A stretch of 64,000 bases of DNA from Octopus vulgaris (taxonomy: Eukaryota), in contig OX597815.1 of the NCBI GenBank assembly GCA_951406725.2, forward strand, positions 15,190,001 through 15,254,000. Direction: 5' to 3'. The notes under the pieces are model-generated. The model saw nothing but the letters and a program-made list of their open reading frames with translations. It was not told the origin of the DNA and searched no databases. Both the position numbers and the translations under genes were made by a program. Positions 61,259 to 64,000 of this stretch are shown here, piece after piece (position 1 is the stretch's first letter; each line of letters opens with the position of its first letter).

Positions 61259-64000
61259 ATTGATTGATTGATTCTAGTTTCAGCTTATGAGCTGTGGCCA
61301 TGCTGGGGCACCGCCATTTGGTGTTGCTACCTGGTTTCACTTCATGGAGGCTTTCTAGCAACTGCTATTTGGTGCATGAGAGAGTTCGATGCAGCTGCCC
61401 TCATCTGCCCCTCCTGCCGTGAAGTTGGTTCATCTGGGACACCTGACAGGAAGAGATCCAGCTTCATTTTAAAGACATCTGTATCCACCCCATGCAGGTC
61501 TCTCAGGTTCTTCGGGAGGATATTGAAGAGCTGTGGGCCTCGGAAGCCCAGGCTATCACAGAATCTTGTCCTACATCTTGATGGCAGGTTTGGAGTCCTA
61601 GGCACTACGCAGTGGCGCCCAGTTCTGGCATTTGCGTAACTCTCGATGCCAAAGTTCAGGACACTTCCCTCCAGGATCTTCCAGATGTATATTATGGCAT
61701 ATCTTTCCCGCCTACGCTCCAGAGAATATAATTTTAATCTCTTGAGTCTTTCCCAGTAGCTTACATTCTGCATAGAGGCTATCTTCTTTGTGTAGCTTCG
61801 TTGGATCGCCTCAAGTTCTGTGATCAACTTGACACTGGATGGTGACCATAGCTGAGAGCAATAGTCAAAGTGGCTTAGGACAAGTGTCTTCCAGAGGACC
61901 ATCATGGTTTTTTGTTCTCTTGTTCTAAAGGTTCTAAGAATCCATCCAGCCAGCCGTCTACATTTCATTGTCAGTTTAGCAACATGTACATGAAAGGTCG
62001 CGTCATCACTCATGTGAATACCCAGGTCACGCACTGATTGTGCCTCTGGGATTGCAATCCCTCCGGGTCCAGTGTATTCATTGGGTATTGCATTCAGCTT
62101 TGCATGCTGATAGTATAAAGCTTGAAACTTTCCAGCATTGAACTGCATGCTATTCTTTTCAGCCCACTTGTATATTTCGTCCAGCTCACATTGCAGATGT
62201 TTAGTGTCCTCAGGGTTCTGTATTGCCTGTGAAACTTTTGTATCGTCTGCATAACTTGTAATCGTGGCTCTCTGCGTGGCTGAGGGCATGTCTGAGAGGG
62301 CCATTATGAACAGTAGTGGTCCCAGAACAGTGCCCTGCGGAACACCGCTCACTATTTGTGTGTTAATGGAGGTGGCCCCATTGGCTACTACCACCTGACT
62401 TCTATCCTTCAGAAAGTCATGAAGCCATTCTCCCAGTTTTCCAACTATGTTGAGATCACGCAGTTTGTGACATATCATTCCATGATCGACTTTATCAAAG
62501 GCCTTTGCAAAGTCGAGATATATCACTTCCACATTTGAGTGGTTGAGCAGCCGTTTCAGCACCCAGTCATAGTGTTGTAGGAGCTGAGTTAAACAGCTTC
62601 TCCTGGTCGGAAACCATGTTGGGTGTCGGGCAGCAAGTCATTCTCTTCAAGGAAGGTGATCAGCTTCCTTCTGACTATTCGTTCCATGACCTTGCTGATG
62701 TGTGAGGTCAGAGAGATAGGTCTATAGTTCTTGGCTTCCGCTCTGCTACCTCCTTTATGAATGGGGCATATTTTACCTTCCTTCAGTTTTCCTGGAAGTT
62801 TGCCAGCTGCAAGGAAGCTCTGAAAGAGGAACTGCAGTGGTCTTGCTAGGACTCTCTTACATGCTTTTAGGAGGATTGCCGGGAATCCATCGGGGCCAGT
62901 AGCTGAGTCTGTTTTCATTTCATCTATAGCCTTGGTTACATCGTCTTCCTTTATATCGATGTAATCTATCGTCGCCGCCTCTGATTTTATATCTGCAGTG
63001 GTAAAAAAGTCAGTTGGATTGGTGATTTGGAGATGCCCAAGGGGTGGAGTGAAAACACTCTTGAATTGCTCATTCAGTATTTCACTTACCCTCATTGGTT
63101 TTCCTGTAAGTGTGCCATCCTTTTCGAGGAGTGGCCCTATTCTACAGTGCACTGTAGCTGTTTCTTTGGCATACCTGTAGAAAGCTCTGGGGTTAGATTT
63201 TATGTTTTCTATAGCCCAGGCTTCTTTGTCTGCTCTTTCTTTTTCATGGGAGAGTTGCAGACATTTTTCGATTTCCAACAGTTTTATTTTTAGGCGGGAC
63301 TTTTCACTGCTTTCAATCTGTTTGTATAGGCGATTTGAAAATTTCGTACGCCGTCTCATTAAAATTTTCCTCTCTCTGGGGATTTTGTTCTTGTGTACAG
63401 TGGCCTTTCTCTCTGGGACACATTTGTAGCATATGGCTTGCATTACAGACATGAATTGTTGAAGTTTCACGTCGATGTCTGGCGAGGAGAGACATTTAGG
63501 CCAGTTTTGTTTGAGGATCTCTTTGTCAATTTGTTTCCAGTTTGCCTTATGGTAGTTCAAGCTGGAAAGATTTTGAGGGTTTCTTGTAGGCTGCATGTCC
63601 GTGCTCTCTTTTGGCCCGTACATGGTCAGCTCTATCATGTTGTGATCCGAGAGTAGTGTCGGTGTCACTTTCACATTATGGATGAGATCCATGTCATTTG
63701 TGAAGCAGAGATCCAGTGTGTTACCTGCCCTGGTTGGTTGGAGTATTACCTGCTCCATGTACAGGGTGTTGATGAGGTTCAGGAGGGACCTCGCCTGTCC
63801 TCGTTCACATCTTGTCATTCCTGGGAGAGAAAGGCCCTCGGGCCATCTGACATTGGGCAGATTGAAGTCTCCCATAAGAAGCACACCTATGTGTTGCTCT
63901 AATGTGGTTAGAATTTCTTCTATTTTTATAAGGCAGTCTTCAAACTTGCCCACATGGCTTGGGGCATCTGGAGGGCGATATGTAGCACACACAACTACAT
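61255..64000 (-). mobile_element. Young CR1-group LINE, runs off the window; (AATC)n tail
   Basis: APE motifs (YRPP, GDFN, LDLCF, SDH), RT motifs, short 3' UTR and tail. Confidence 0.95.
61342..63992 (-). pseudogene. LINE ORF2 (APE endonuclease plus reverse transcriptase) split by one frameshift near 62600
   Basis: 467 aa and 406 aa ORFs; QHGFRPG|RSCLTQLL is restored by adding one A; YLDFAKAFDKVDH, GVPQGTVLGPLLF, YADD. Confidence 0.92.

Overview
Eukaryotic, AT-rich, repeat-saturated intergenic or intronic DNA. It is most likely from an octopus or other coleoid cephalopod, judged from the tRNA-derived SINE families and the extreme microsatellite load (inference, no database search). I cannot support any host protein-coding gene, and nearly all listed ORFs are microsatellite or SINE artefacts. 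Real content: three abundant tRNA-derived SINE families, a young near-intact CR1-group LINE (61255-64000, one frameshift), degraded CR1, RTE and R4/Dong-type retroposons, mariner, Tc1 and hAT relics, a TA-flanked MITE, and non-autonomous Helitrons. The most striking signal is about 14 hammerhead-ribozyme (HHR)-like motifs in short repeats next to microsatellites, probably Penelope-like or retrozyme termini. Eight are ordinary type I motifs in varying states of decay. Four complete and two partial copies have the core in a non-circularly permuted, pseudoknotted order: stem III / NUH / stem I' / stem II' / GAAA / stem III' ... stem I / CUGANGA / stem II. Stem I and stem III sequences differ between these copies yet still pair.
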